Source: an uncultured virus (IMG/VR IMGVR_UViG_3300025066_000004)
Lineage: Duplodnaviria > Heunggongvirae > Uroviricota > Caudoviricetes
Length of the DNA stretch: 20,000 bases
Reading direction: 5' to 3' (one strand)
Virus record (IMG/VR): IMGVR_UViG_3300025066_000004
Below are positions 1 to 9,954 of the stretch, in pieces; position 1 is the first letter of the stretch, and the number at the start of each line of letters is the position of its first letter. The notes beneath the pieces are model-generated. The model saw only the letters and a program-made list of their open reading frames with translations. It searched no databases and was not told the origin of the DNA. The position numbers and the translations under genes were made by a program.

Positions 1-1031
1 TTAACTTGCATTGCAGAGGAAGAGAAATCTCTTTTAAAAAGTTGGGGCCCCAACTCTGGGCGAAGCTGAACTAAAAGAGAGGAGGTTACATCAACAGACT
101 CAGGGTTCGCAGTAACTGCGAACAGAATATTATCCGTAAATTTCAACTCATTTGGGAGCTTAAGTCTTAAGGCTACTGAGCCTTTCTTCTCCCAAGAAGT
201 AGCCTCTTCAATGTCGTAGTAAAACCCAGACCTACCGTGATAAGTTTTACGGAGTTCAAGAGTTTCTCCTACTCTTTTACCTGAAATAGTCGGGGTTAGA
301 GGGGATGAGTCAATAACCGGATCAATGCTTGTTAAGGTCGAAGATTTAACTGTCTTAAGAGGAGAGGTCTCTCCGCTCTCTCCAAAGATACCCGTAGAGA
401 GATAACCCGAGAAATCCGTAGACCCTGAAAAGTTAAAAACTGAAAATCCAGAAAACGCATCTAGAAACTTTAAAGGGCCCTCCTCAATTCTACCAAAATG
501 ATTCTGAGAAAATGAAATAGCGTAATTAAACGTATCTGAGATAGCCCATGGGCGGGAAAAGGGCTCGTTATTAACTAAAACCGGGGTTGTTACGTCTGGA
601 ACTGGAAGGGGGACCCCCACTGTTTTCCGAAAGTCTATAATTGGACTGGGGACAGGATTAGGGTCTGCGATAGTACCCCGGTAAATATAGAAGTCGTTAG
701 TACCCGTATGAGAAAGAAGGTAGTAGAAAATATCCTGCCCTAGCACCCACGGGGAGACCGAATAAATATCATTCAGCCCCCAAACATTTGTCCGAGCTTC
801 TTCAGTTAGGTAATTCCCCTGGTAAGCCGTAGGAACTTCGGACCCAGGATCAGCAGGGGGGTAATCCTCTGGCAGGGTTAAGACTATTTCACTATCAGGA
901 AGAGGTTGAACTTTGCCAGAACTAAAGTCTGCGTTTTTAGCCCAAACCGCCTGACCTCCAGCCTCATCTAAAAAAGAAGGGTCTGCCACATTATTCAGAC
1001 CCTTAAAAGTGCGGATATTTATAACAGCCAT
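1..1031 (-). CDS. Tail tubular/nozzle protein (P22 gp10/T7 gp12-like), N-terminal part; runs off the window edge
   Basis: Not in the ORF track because no stop lies in the window. ATG at 1031 gives MAVINIRTFKGLNNVADPSFLDEAGGQAVWAKNADFSSGKVQP, an N-terminus typical of podovirus nozzle proteins, and it lies downstream of the capsid genes. Confidence 0.6.
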   Translation of the reverse strand, partial: MAVINIRTFKGLNNVADPSFLDEAGGQAVWAKNADFSSGKVQPLPDSEIVLTLPEDYPPADPGSEVPTAYQGNYLTEEARTNVWGLNDIYSVSPWVLGQDIFYYLLSHTGTNDFYIYRGTIADPNPVPSPIIDFRKTVGVPLPVPDVTTPVLVNNEPFSRPWAISDTFNYAISFSQNHFGRIEEGPLKFLDAFSGFSVFNFSGSTDFSGYLSTGIFGESGETSPLKTVKSSTLTSIDPVIDSSPLTPTISGKRVGETLELRKTYHGRSGFYYDIEEATSWEKKGSVALRLKLPNELKFTDNILFAVTANPESVDVTSSLLVQLRPELGPQLFKRDFSSSAMQV

Positions 1032-1053
1032 TTAGCCCTTCTGACACATACTT

Positions 1054-1800
1054 TTATCCAACCATCTCCATATTTCTACGCTTATTCCCTAAACGAAGTT
1101 TCTGCTTATGCTGAGCAATCTGCTCTTCAGTTGCTAAGGACGCTTCGACTACAGGACTAAGCTTATATGGCAAGTGGCCTTCTCTTCCTGCCGCATCAGT
1201 TATAGGCTTAAACCTAACCTTGTAAGAAGATGTGACAGCTTCGTAATGAGTGTAAGGAACAAGTTGAACTCGTCTACCTTCTTTTGCTCCATCGACCATA
1301 TAATCGCTGGAGTAAAACACTCCCATAACTTGCCCGTTCACACCACAATTTAACTGACCATCTGCGACATCCGGATCATCAATGAGAGTAACGGCAATTA
1401 GAGTGGTTCTTCGGAGGGTATCAAGCTCTACCATTGCATCTTCGTAATCTCGGTAAAGTTTCCTCTGCTCGTCGGTCCACTTACTTTTATCCGCCACCGC
1501 TTTAGTGAGTCTTTGACCACTAGCCCCAGAATAATCTCGGTCAATAGTAGTTCGGTGCTTTGGAAAAGTACTAATCTTGTCACTGAACTCTCTCGCGATT
1601 CTTTGTTCTTCAGCCTTGATCTTACTCTCAAAACTCATCAAATCTGTAGAGATTGTGTACTCTAAAGAATGAATCTTCTCATCCTGCTCAGAAATGTGTT
1701 TATTCTTCTCGTCTACTTCTACCTGGAGGCGTTTAATCTGTTCTAGCAAGTCCTCTTGTTCAGGGGGGGCTGCGATATCAACTTTAGCTGGTCTACCCAT
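1054..1800 (-). CDS. Hypothetical protein (248 aa) with N-terminal coiled coil
   Basis: AAGGA RBS upstream. The C-terminal CGVNGQVMGV...VQLVPYTHYEAV resembles proteins commonly found after N4-gp56-type capsid genes (from recollection). Confidence 0.7.
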   Translation of the reverse strand: MGRPAKVDIAAPPEQEDLLEQIKRLQVEVDEKNKHISEQDEKIHSLEYTISTDLMSFESKIKAEEQRIAREFSDKISTFPKHRTTIDRDYSGASGQRLTKAVADKSKWTDEQRKLYRDYEDAMVELDTLRRTTLIAVTLIDDPDVADGQLNCGVNGQVMGVFYSSDYMVDGAKEGRRVQLVPYTHYEAVTSSYKVRFKPITDAAGREGHLPYKLSPVVEASLATEEQIAQHKQKLRLGNKRRNMEMVG

Positions 1801-1823
1801 GATTTAATCCTTTTTTTAAATTT

Positions 1824-1855
1824 AAAGAATAAAGTTGAGGGGCCGAAGCCCCTCA
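1824..1855 (-). terminator. Intrinsic terminator after the capsid/decoration genes
   Basis: Minus strand TGAGGGGC-TTCG-GCCCCTCA followed by ACTTTATTCTTT. The interrupted U tract suggests partial read-through. Confidence 0.8.
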
Positions 1856-1870
1856 GACTTTAGTTAGTCC

Positions 1871-2368
1871 CTACCGATGCGCCTTAATGAAAAGAACATC
1901 TGATACAAGCATATTATCTGCGTGAAAGGTAAACCCCGGCTTAGAAATAAATTTCTGCCCAGTGTCATACTCGGTCCCTGCAGGATTTGTAGCCTGGGTA
2001 AGAGTCGGAAGATGAATACTAATAGAACGATTTCCATCGGTATCCACGTACTTACTCGAAAGAACCGCAGTTCCGTCCTTATCCTTAAAGGTCGGAGTAC
2101 TGCCGTTGTTGTACCCAACTTGAGTCCCACCCGCATAAATAACGATCGCATCTGAATCCTCAGTATGCGTTCCATTGTTATCTATGGCTCGAACCGTCAT
2201 CCCTGTCTCAAAACGGTATGTGGCATCATTCGCAATACCAACCGCGTCATCATCAACAAGAATTTCAATGAAAGTAGGGATAAACCCTAGCTCAAACGTA
2301 ATACCATTTGCAGCATCTGCCGTAGTAACGGTATGTGTATGTGTGAAAACACCATTCTTATCTAACAT
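1871..2368 (-). CDS. Putative capsid decoration/minor virion protein (165 aa)
   Basis: Directly after the MCP with a GGGGGTG RBS, beta-rich with an LGFIPTFIEI motif, and followed by a terminator. Confidence 0.55.
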   Translation of the reverse strand: MLDKNGVFTHTHTVTTADAANGITFELGFIPTFIEILVDDDAVGIANDATYRFETGMTVRAIDNNGTHTEDSDAIVIYAGGTQVGYNNGSTPTFKDKDGTAVLSSKYVDTDGNRSISIHLPTLTQATNPAGTEYDTGQKFISKPGFTFHADNMLVSDVLFIKAHR

Positions 2369-2383
2369 AGTTCACCCCCCTTA

Positions 2384-3433
2384 TTATAGCCCAGCTTGCT
2401 CAGTACAACCAACTTCGAGACGAACCATACGCTCTTGGTAGGTGATTACCCCAGCAAACGGATTCTTGTAACCAACAGTTGCTCTCTGGTTCAATGGATC
2501 AAGTCCACCAGAAGAACCTAACTCTTTTCTAATCAGCTTCATGCCTTGATCCCCAGTTAGAGGAATAGTGGCAAAAGCATCCTGAGAGAAAATCAGAATC
2601 GGATAAACGTCTGCGTTAGCAGTATCCGAAGAAAGCAGATTCTCAGTATCAGGATTTGCGGCCCCAGCATTTCTAAAAGGCTCATAGTTTGTGGTGCAGA
2701 TAAAACGAAAGTTATCTACTTTACCAAACTCATGAGGATCAATAACAGAAGAGCCAGAAGCATAGGAGCTTGTTGGTGAGAAACCAGGTAGAGAGCGGAT
2801 ATCATACTCCAAATCAGGAGTGATAATCGCAATATACGAAGCCTCAACATCAACAGTTCCAAAACTTCCATCAGATCTCATGATCTGAGTAATCGGAAGT
2901 CCTGCCCGTCCATCCAGACCGTTCTTCAGAGTCCTAGAAGCCATGTGCAGATCTCCGATAGAAATCGCGGTTCTCACAGCCACACGAGAAGCAACATTGT
3001 TAGCGTAAACTACGTTTGTTCCTCCGGTAAGAATGTTGAACATCGACATATCCCGCTCTTCAGACTGAAGAGTAGAGAGGAACTGGTTCTCACCAGTTTT
3101 CAGGTTATCCGCATCTTCAAAGATAGTCTCTAAAAGATCAGTGTGCTCTAGGAAGTTACCGTACCAGACCAATTGGGCAGATACTTCTCTTCGAGTGAGC
3201 TTTTTCGAGTCAGGAGTTACACCTTCCAGCAAAGGAACAGGGGTAACAACTCGTGCAGGGGGATTCCATGCTTTTACATGAACAGTCTTGCCCTCCCCTT
3301 TGGGCATTTCAATTTGCATTGCGAACTTCTGCCATAACAGAACTTTGAGGTTGTAATCTAACCATTTGGCAGAGTAAAACGCGTCACGTACCTCACGTCG
3401 CGTATTCTCGGTAGTGTTACCTGAGATAGCCAT
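2384..3433 (-). CDS. Major capsid protein, N4-gp56 family
   Basis: Motifs MPKGEGKT, PLLEGVTP, YGNFLEHTD, HEFGKVDNFRFI, DVYPILIF and DPLNQRATVGYK; AAGGAG RBS; follows the scaffold gene. Confidence 0.92.
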   Translation of the reverse strand: MAISGNTTENTRREVRDAFYSAKWLDYNLKVLLWQKFAMQIEMPKGEGKTVHVKAWNPPARVVTPVPLLEGVTPDSKKLTRREVSAQLVWYGNFLEHTDLLETIFEDADNLKTGENQFLSTLQSEERDMSMFNILTGGTNVVYANNVASRVAVRTAISIGDLHMASRTLKNGLDGRAGLPITQIMRSDGSFGTVDVEASYIAIITPDLEYDIRSLPGFSPTSSYASGSSVIDPHEFGKVDNFRFICTTNYEPFRNAGAANPDTENLLSSDTANADVYPILIFSQDAFATIPLTGDQGMKLIRKELGSSGGLDPLNQRATVGYKNPFAGVITYQERMVRLEVGCTEQAGL

Positions 3434-3467
3434 TGTTAATCTCCTTTATTACATGAATACAAAATCG

Positions 3468-4616
3468 CTAAAAAACCTTAGCCTTTGATGCACGATAAGC
3501 TGCGAGCTTTGCAGCGGGAGATGTTGGGTCCTGGGGGGGCGCGTCTGCGACCCTTCCACCAACTACACGAGAATCGTCTGCTACTTGTTGACCTTCGGCC
3601 ACCCTATCTCGCTCTGATCTCGCATCTTCCTTCACAGTTTTTGCCTTATCTGCCTTCTGAGCTTTCGCTCTAGTTTGATAAGCATCATGCACCAAATGAG
3701 AATACTCCAAAGTACCAAACCCAAATCTCTCTGCTAAGTCGTCTAACATCGCAAAATTCTTTGGGTCACTTTCAAAAGCTTCAAAAGACTTTGAAGTGAA
3801 TACTTTCGGATTTATTCCCCGGCCTTCGAGACCCTGGATGACAGACTGCCTTTGAGATTCGGCCTGTTCAGCATCAAACTGACCAACCCGCTCTTGTGCA
3901 GACTGAAAACCTGCAAGATCTCCAACCAACTTATTTACAGCATGAGAGATTACTTGACTCATTGCTTCCGACTGTTCAGGGTCGTCCATCAAAAAGTTTC
4001 GAACTGCTTCAGGTAAAGAATCATCTGCAAGATGAGAGGAGACATCGTAATTAAACTTAAACCCCTCCTTAATTGCTTCACGATCTCCCTTTACCTGAGC
4101 CTCATGCTCTGCCCGTTTGCTCTCTTGGGCCTTGGTATCTTCGGCCTTTTCGAGAACTTCTAGGCGTCTAAGAAGGTCATCTTTGGTCTCTCCGACTTCA
4201 TCTTCTACATGGGCTTCATCGGAAGAAGATTTTGTTGTGGCCTCGTCTTTGTCTAACTCTTTAGATAGACTGTCGCGACCCAACTCTTCATCTGATTCCT
4301 CACCCTTAGGAGATACCTCATCCTTAGACTCAACATTCTTCTTTTCATCGCCCGAATTTTTTGCATTTGCGTTCGGATCGAAATCCTTTTCTTTATACTG
4401 AACCTCATCCGGTTCTTTTCTATCTCGCTTAGTTGGGTTCTCAGTCGCATCTTGAAGAGACCGAGAATCCGCGCTAATCTGTTTTTTCTCCTGAATCCCC
4501 GAAAAAGGTTTACCAGGTTTCCCCTCCCTGTAGTTTGATAACGCCTCAGAAGCGTTAACCGCAGGAGAGACTTGTCCCTCATTCATAGGCTGATTTGATT
4601 CAAAAGTTTCAGACAT
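3468..4616 (-). CDS. Capsid scaffolding protein
   Basis: Highly acidic, low-complexity N-half and helical C-half; immediately upstream of the MCP. Confidence 0.75.
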   Translation of the reverse strand: MSETFESNQPMNEGQVSPAVNASEALSNYREGKPGKPFSGIQEKKQISADSRSLQDATENPTKRDRKEPDEVQYKEKDFDPNANAKNSGDEKKNVESKDEVSPKGEESDEELGRDSLSKELDKDEATTKSSSDEAHVEDEVGETKDDLLRRLEVLEKAEDTKAQESKRAEHEAQVKGDREAIKEGFKFNYDVSSHLADDSLPEAVRNFLMDDPEQSEAMSQVISHAVNKLVGDLAGFQSAQERVGQFDAEQAESQRQSVIQGLEGRGINPKVFTSKSFEAFESDPKNFAMLDDLAERFGFGTLEYSHLVHDAYQTRAKAQKADKAKTVKEDARSERDRVAEGQQVADDSRVVGGRVADAPPQDPTSPAAKLAAYRASKAKVF

Positions 4617-4631
4617 ACTCTACACCTTTAT

Positions 4632-5456
4632 TTAGGACTGAACTTTAAGTTGGCTATATCGCTCCATGTGAGATCCAGAGCGAAGAGCTTCTTCAAGCAA
4701 TTCAGTCTCGTACAATTGTTTGTAATTTGCAGCTTTCTGAACGTCTGTAGGATCAATACTGTTCTTGAGACGAAGGAAGCAGATTAATAGATATAGTTTC
4801 CTCTGGAACTGCAGAGGGATACCATTATCAAGGAAATGATCTTCCGTTAAAGTAGAGAGGTCAGTGATAAGAGTAGTATTTGTTGCATTCGAGTAGTACA
4901 GCACATCTCGAACGTAGTCTAACTGGATTCTTCGATCTTTATCTGTCCCGCCTGAACCATCTGCATCAATAATATTGGCAGTAGACCCTGAGCCGTCAGT
5001 AGGAACAGGCCAAATTCCAAACTGGTAAAACGAAAGCTCGTCATTGTAAGTGTAAAGAGGAGGACCCTCTTGGTACTTAGCAATTCCTGCTTCGTCTCTT
5101 TCAAAAGTAGAGTCAGACCGCATAACTCGATTTACCCCTGTCCTAAGCTTATCCCTCCAACTCGCTCGGATAAGACTCAAGTATGTGGGGAGAGTAGTGG
5201 TTGCAGTGGTGTTCCCAGAAACAATAGCCTCCTCGCTATCAATGGTAGTTAAAGCCTTACCAAAAATAGGAAGGTCATATATAGCTTGCTGGTGAATCGC
5301 GGGGATGTAGACAGTCTTCTTCAGAATCTTAGAATCCTGAACAAATTGAGTAAGCCCCTCTTTCAACTTTACCAAAAGAGAACTACGAGAATACTTAGTA
5401 GACTTCCCATCTCTCAACTCATCCGACACCAAATCAAGAATTTCTTTAATCTGCAT
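4632..5456 (-). CDS. Putative head-tail adaptor/connector protein
   Basis: Start moved to ATG 5456 (GAGGAGG RBS). The N-terminal helices, QAIYDLP, FGIWPVP and C-terminal helices match the podovirus adaptor pattern. Confidence 0.6.
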   Translation of the reverse strand: MQIKEILDLVSDELRDGKSTKYSRSSLLVKLKEGLTQFVQDSKILKKTVYIPAIHQQAIYDLPIFGKALTTIDSEEAIVSGNTTATTTLPTYLSLIRASWRDKLRTGVNRVMRSDSTFERDEAGIAKYQEGPPLYTYNDELSFYQFGIWPVPTDGSGSTANIIDADGSGGTDKDRRIQLDYVRDVLYYSNATNTTLITDLSTLTEDHFLDNGIPLQFQRKLYLLICFLRLKNSIDPTDVQKAANYKQLYETELLEEALRSGSHMERYSQLKVQS

Positions 5457-5457
5457 T

Positions 5458-5760
5458 TTACAAGCCTCCTCTTGAGTAAAGTATAACAACTTCCCAGTTT
5501 CCCGTAAACCTAGCTCGCTTTAGAGCCAGAGGGTCAAAGAAGCCATTTTCTTCTCCAAGGACAATCACTTGGTTGGCTACAGTCGCAACTCCGCTAGTCT
5601 GAGAAGTGTGTCTTTTAAACTGTCCAGCCCCAAGAGAATGACAGTATGCTTTTACTGGGACTTGTTCCCCATCAAAGAAATCTGTGGTAGGGATCGCTGA
5701 GTCACTAGCCGAAGCTTCATTCCATACTCTTTGTCCCACTATTTTTCTGTACCCAGTCAT
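5458..5760 (-). CDS. Hypothetical protein (100 aa), probably virion-associated
   Basis: AGGGGG RBS; stop abuts the next start; lies within the structural operon. Confidence 0.7.
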   Translation of the reverse strand: MTGYRKIVGQRVWNEASASDSAIPTTDFFDGEQVPVKAYCHSLGAGQFKRHTSQTSGVATVANQVIVLGEENGFFDPLALKRARFTGNWEVVILYSRGGL

Positions 5761-5824
5761 AATATCCCCCTACTTCCTGTCAAGTATAACTTCTATTTTT
5801 TTAAAAAATCCTTTTTCTACAAAG

Positions 5825-8800
5825 CTACCCTAATGTCACCCAAGAGGTTCCGGTATACCCTTTAAAGTTTGTGCCATCAAATTTAATCATCCCTTTTTGA
5901 GGAGTTCCTGCAAAATCTCCGACAGCAAGGTATGAAGCGGCCCTGACACTAGGCAAAACATTAGGATCTAAAACAGACTTCCACCCATCGGAGAGGTAGT
6001 TAGAAGCAGAATCTAATCCTGCATAAATATGGATTTCCCCATTAAAAACCGCTGCACCATGACCCGTGCGACTCACAATTTCCTGATCATAGGAGTAAGC
6101 TTCTCGCCAAGTTATACCATCCTCAGAAACCCAAACATCATCAAAGGTAGTAGAAGCATTATTCCCCCCAATAACGTACATCTTATTACTGTAGATAGTA
6201 AGAGTGTGGTTAATTCTAGGAGTAAAGGAGGCATTACCCGTTCCACTCCCCGATTCTTGAACCCAAGTAGTGCCGTCTACAGAAGACCACACTTCGTCAG
6301 AATACCCACTCACCCATCCTCCAGTAACCCAAATCTTCCCATTGAACGAAGTAACAGCCGTACCTGTAGACGAAGAAAAGGGGTTGGAGAGACTCTGCTG
6401 AACGAAATTCTGACCAATAGAACCCTTCCAAATCTCTAAAGTACTCCCGTCCATTCCAATTACCCAAAGAACCCCGAGAAAATAAACCACTCGAACACTT
6501 ACTAACCCTGGAGGATTGGTAGAGGTGTTATAGACCCAAGTCTCCCCATCTAGTGTATACCGAAACTTAGTCTCGCCACCTGACGAATAAAAAAGGCATA
6601 CATAATCCCCCGCATTTACAAGCTGGTATCCCCCTGCTGATATAGAAGAAGGGTCTCCGTCTCCTGAAAAAGTCAGCGTTTTTTCCGAGAAAGTCACGCC
6701 ATCAGTCGATGAAAAAACCTGGAATACTTGGTTAGTATCCTGTCCACCAGCAATCCAAACTTCAGGAGGATTAATTGAAGCATAAGTCGTTGCAATTACC
6801 GTTGAATATACCCTAGCGACATACCCTGTTGGATTCAATGCAGTAAAGTTTATCCCGTCAGTAATAGGAGTAGAGGAATCAGTAGTAAAGGACTTCCACT
6901 CCCCTCCAACCCTGCCAGTAAAGTCAGAGCCGTCATAGCGGATATTTCCCGCAGTAGTATCTGCGGTATTTCCAAGTGCAACCCCCGCATTAGCATTAAC
7001 CTTTCCTGTTACCGTTAAAGCTAACCCCACCGTAGCCGAAGTAGTAACTTCCAGGTCTCCAGTTACTTTGACCCCCGCATCCGTAGTACGAAAATGCTCC
7101 GACGCATCCTTATGGTTAATCCTAGACCCGTCCGTACTGCCAAACCGATACCCGATAACGTTATTCCCGCTGAGAACAACTTCATTATTCGTAGAGGTTA
7201 AATAGAGGATTCCCGTAGTATTCTTAACATAGGAATGAGATCCATTGTGACAAAGAAACATATCACTGCTAGTACCAAAGTACTGGTAGACATTATCAGC
7301 GTAGATCTGGTTCGCACCCCAAGTATTACTCGCCGCAAGTTTAGCGTATTGGGAAATTCTAGTTGGGCCAAGAGGATCAATTACTTGAAGAATTCCTCCT
7401 GCTACCTGGAGAATCTTAGTCTCGTATACTGCGATAGGGATCGAAGCTTCTCCATCAATTGTCCCGGTAGATGGGACAAGATTTACCGTACCCGTAATTG
7501 AGACATTTTTTACAATAATTACCTGGCCCTCTTCAAGGTTCGCCACAGTAAAATTTACATTTGTAGTAGCCGCTGCTTTTCCAGCGATAATAGTATGATG
7601 GAGATCCGTGACCGCATACTCTATCGGGTCTCCAACCTCCCCCGTAATATCGGTGACTGCCGTAATTACATGATCCGTCGCAAACTCAAGAGCCGTGGCA
7701 CCCGCATTAACTCGAACCTTTTTAAACTTGCCACTTGTAAAGTTAGCGGGGGTATCGCTCAAACTTACGAAATCCGAACCCCCTCCTCCAGAAGCGTCCT
7801 CCCAAGATGTCGTGCCGTCTCCTGCAGTAGTCAAAACTTGGTCAGCCGTACCATTTCCTGTGGGCATCTTAAAAGAGGTAATGTCGTACAGGCTCCCAGC
7901 TCCGTTTATTTGAAGAATCTTTCCAGCGTTCCCCGCCACAAGTTTTCCAGCGGCGATGTTTCCATCAATAACTCCTTGAGCTCTAGCGGTAGTATGGTAT
8001 TCGTTAGTACCTTCAGTGATATCTGAAGTTGTGGCGCTATGGGGATTCCCTGTGGTACCCCGATGAGTAGTGTTTGCAGACACATTAGCGTTAGCGTTTA
8101 CTCTGGCCTCGGTGTAATAGAGGTTAGTATCCTCAGAAATATTCGCAGTAGTCGTCCCATGAGGATTCGAACCATCACTGATATCAGCATGAGCTTTTGC
8201 CGTAGTCACATCAGAATGTGCAGCGACTCGACCATCGGCCCTGGCGTTAGTAAAGTAGAGGTTGGTAACTTCACTAATTTGAGCAGTAGTAGTTCCATGA
8301 GGGTTACTTGCCGTAAGAGCAGTATGGGCAGAGTTAGCAGCCACGTTACTATTCCCATCAACCCGACCTTCCGTGTAGTACAAATTCGTAACCTCATTTA
8401 TATCCGCAGTAGTGAGAGTTACAGCGGGACCTGTGTCTCCATTGACTGAGGCAACCCCATCATTAGGGCTGTTAACTGGAACCCAACTTCCGTCTACAGA
8501 GTAATCCGGATCAGCCAGGATATAGCTCAAACCTGTGTCAGTTTGAATGGCTAAATCTCCCAATTCTGCTGTGGAGAGAGCGAGTCTTGCCGCCAAATCT
8601 GCAGGAGTAAAAACATCTGTTAAAGCTAACGAGGGCAGATAACTCGAAGGGATTTTATCGCTAACTAAAGGAGCGACTCCGTTTGTTGCCCCCCGATCAA
8701 CCGCATCCATCTTCTGAGTATTAATCTTATTAGCAGACCATAAATCTGTACTCGCAGCACCTGCATCATTAATTGTGCGATGGAGAGTAACATCTCCAGT

Positions 8801-9922
8801 ATGGGTGTCTAGGTTCCCCTGGACCGTACCCGCAGAACCCGCAGCATCGTAAGTGCTATCAATGTCGAAAGCTACTACAGAGTTTCCGTCCCCCGCGATT
8901 TTAAGACCGTAGTCAGCGTTATCTCCGAGAACAACCCCTACATCAGATAACCCTTCGAAAGTAGCTCCAACAAATGTAGTTGCGGTAAGGGCTCCTCTGA
9001 CCTCTAAGGCATAAGTGTTATCTGGGGCCTCCCCCTGATTTCCCCGGAACAAAGCATTCCCGTCCTCATCCATGATAAGGGTAGGTACTCCTGAAACAGG
9101 ATTTTGGAGAATAGATGAGCTGGCATGAAATGGAGTAACCATGCCTTGACCCAAAAAGAAGACCTGCCGGATAGCAGGAAGAGTTTCTTCAAAAAACTCA
9201 AAGGAAGGAGACGTAGCGGTATGCATAAAACCGCCGAGGTATAGCCCCCCCGTTTTTGAAGTACCCTTTAAAACTGAGAATAACTTCCCAAGCTTTCTAG
9301 TCCAAACTATATCGGTTAAAGGAGTATCTGCCTTTGCCGTAGCATCCGCCCAATCCGCAGAGTTAGCAGTTAAAAGGAGTAATTGGCCCCCTGTAACATT
9401 TGTCAAAACTGCAGTCAAAGTATCGACACCAGCTTGGGTGGTTAAGTCGTGAGAAGTCCCGAACCCACCTGCCGTAGGAAGAGCAGTAAACGCTCCAACA
9501 GCACTGACCGTAATATCAAACTGCATTGTAGCGACAATTCCTGCACCCAGAGCATTGCTATACTGGCTGTTACCGAGAATTACATTAACTCCAGTAGCGT
9601 CTGTCTCAACCTTCGCAGTATGAAAAAACGAAGTCCCCGCTAAATTGCCGAAAGGGTTGTCAGACCGTAAGGACTGAGCCGCCACGTTTCCAGTATCTAA
9701 AACCTTTAAAGCTTCGACACCCCCAAGAGTTTTTAGGGTTATGCCGTCAACAGTTTTAGCGAAGATATTACGCACGGAGACATCATTTGGAAAAGAGAGC
9801 GAATCTGCACTATCAAAGATAATACTCCCGGTGGCGGTAAGAGTTCCCGGAATTACTAGAGTACGGAAAGTCTGCTCTACATTCCAGTAGTTATGCTTAT
9901 CAAGCAGAGTGCCTCTGCCCAT
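5825..9922 (-). CDS. Large mosaic fibre protein (1365 aa) with C-terminal Kelch-like beta-propeller
   Basis: AAGGAG RBS; G/T/A/S-rich; fibre motifs VASVNGDTGPAVTL and FVSLSDTPANF; NLYYTE..R/NPHG repeats; Kelch-like blades (FNGKIWVTGG..DEVWSSVDGTTW, NKMYVIGG..DDVWVSEDGITW). Confidence 0.8.
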   Translation of the reverse strand: MGRGTLLDKHNYWNVEQTFRTLVIPGTLTATGSIIFDSADSLSFPNDVSVRNIFAKTVDGITLKTLGGVEALKVLDTGNVAAQSLRSDNPFGNLAGTSFFHTAKVETDATGVNVILGNSQYSNALGAGIVATMQFDITVSAVGAFTALPTAGGFGTSHDLTTQAGVDTLTAVLTNVTGGQLLLLTANSADWADATAKADTPLTDIVWTRKLGKLFSVLKGTSKTGGLYLGGFMHTATSPSFEFFEETLPAIRQVFFLGQGMVTPFHASSSILQNPVSGVPTLIMDEDGNALFRGNQGEAPDNTYALEVRGALTATTFVGATFEGLSDVGVVLGDNADYGLKIAGDGNSVVAFDIDSTYDAAGSAGTVQGNLDTHTGDVTLHRTINDAGAASTDLWSANKINTQKMDAVDRGATNGVAPLVSDKIPSSYLPSLALTDVFTPADLAARLALSTAELGDLAIQTDTGLSYILADPDYSVDGSWVPVNSPNDGVASVNGDTGPAVTLTTADINEVTNLYYTEGRVDGNSNVAANSAHTALTASNPHGTTTAQISEVTNLYFTNARADGRVAAHSDVTTAKAHADISDGSNPHGTTTANISEDTNLYYTEARVNANANVSANTTHRGTTGNPHSATTSDITEGTNEYHTTARAQGVIDGNIAAGKLVAGNAGKILQINGAGSLYDITSFKMPTGNGTADQVLTTAGDGTTSWEDASGGGGSDFVSLSDTPANFTSGKFKKVRVNAGATALEFATDHVITAVTDITGEVGDPIEYAVTDLHHTIIAGKAAATTNVNFTVANLEEGQVIIVKNVSITGTVNLVPSTGTIDGEASIPIAVYETKILQVAGGILQVIDPLGPTRISQYAKLAASNTWGANQIYADNVYQYFGTSSDMFLCHNGSHSYVKNTTGILYLTSTNNEVVLSGNNVIGYRFGSTDGSRINHKDASEHFRTTDAGVKVTGDLEVTTSATVGLALTVTGKVNANAGVALGNTADTTAGNIRYDGSDFTGRVGGEWKSFTTDSSTPITDGINFTALNPTGYVARVYSTVIATTYASINPPEVWIAGGQDTNQVFQVFSSTDGVTFSEKTLTFSGDGDPSSISAGGYQLVNAGDYVCLFYSSGGETKFRYTLDGETWVYNTSTNPPGLVSVRVVYFLGVLWVIGMDGSTLEIWKGSIGQNFVQQSLSNPFSSSTGTAVTSFNGKIWVTGGWVSGYSDEVWSSVDGTTWVQESGSGTGNASFTPRINHTLTIYSNKMYVIGGNNASTTFDDVWVSEDGITWREAYSYDQEIVSRTGHGAAVFNGEIHIYAGLDSASNYLSDGWKSVLDPNVLPSVRAASYLAVGDFAGTPQKGMIKFDGTNFKGYTGTSWVTLG
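7975..8415 (-). repeat. About 3.5 tandem 40-46-aa repeats within the fibre gene
   Basis: TTADINEVTNLYYTEGRV..AH..SNPHG / TTAQISEVTNLYFTNAR..AH..SNPHG / TTANISEDTNLYYTEARV..TH..GNPHS / TTSDITEGTNEYHTTAR; boundaries approximate. Confidence 0.85.
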
Positions 9923-9954
9923 AAGGACTCCTTTTTATTTACGAGTTACTTAAC

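Noticed and set aside
5761..5824. Internal minus-strand sigma70 promoter (TATACT)
   Set aside because: No -35 at the proper spacing and no second copy to define a late-promoter consensus.
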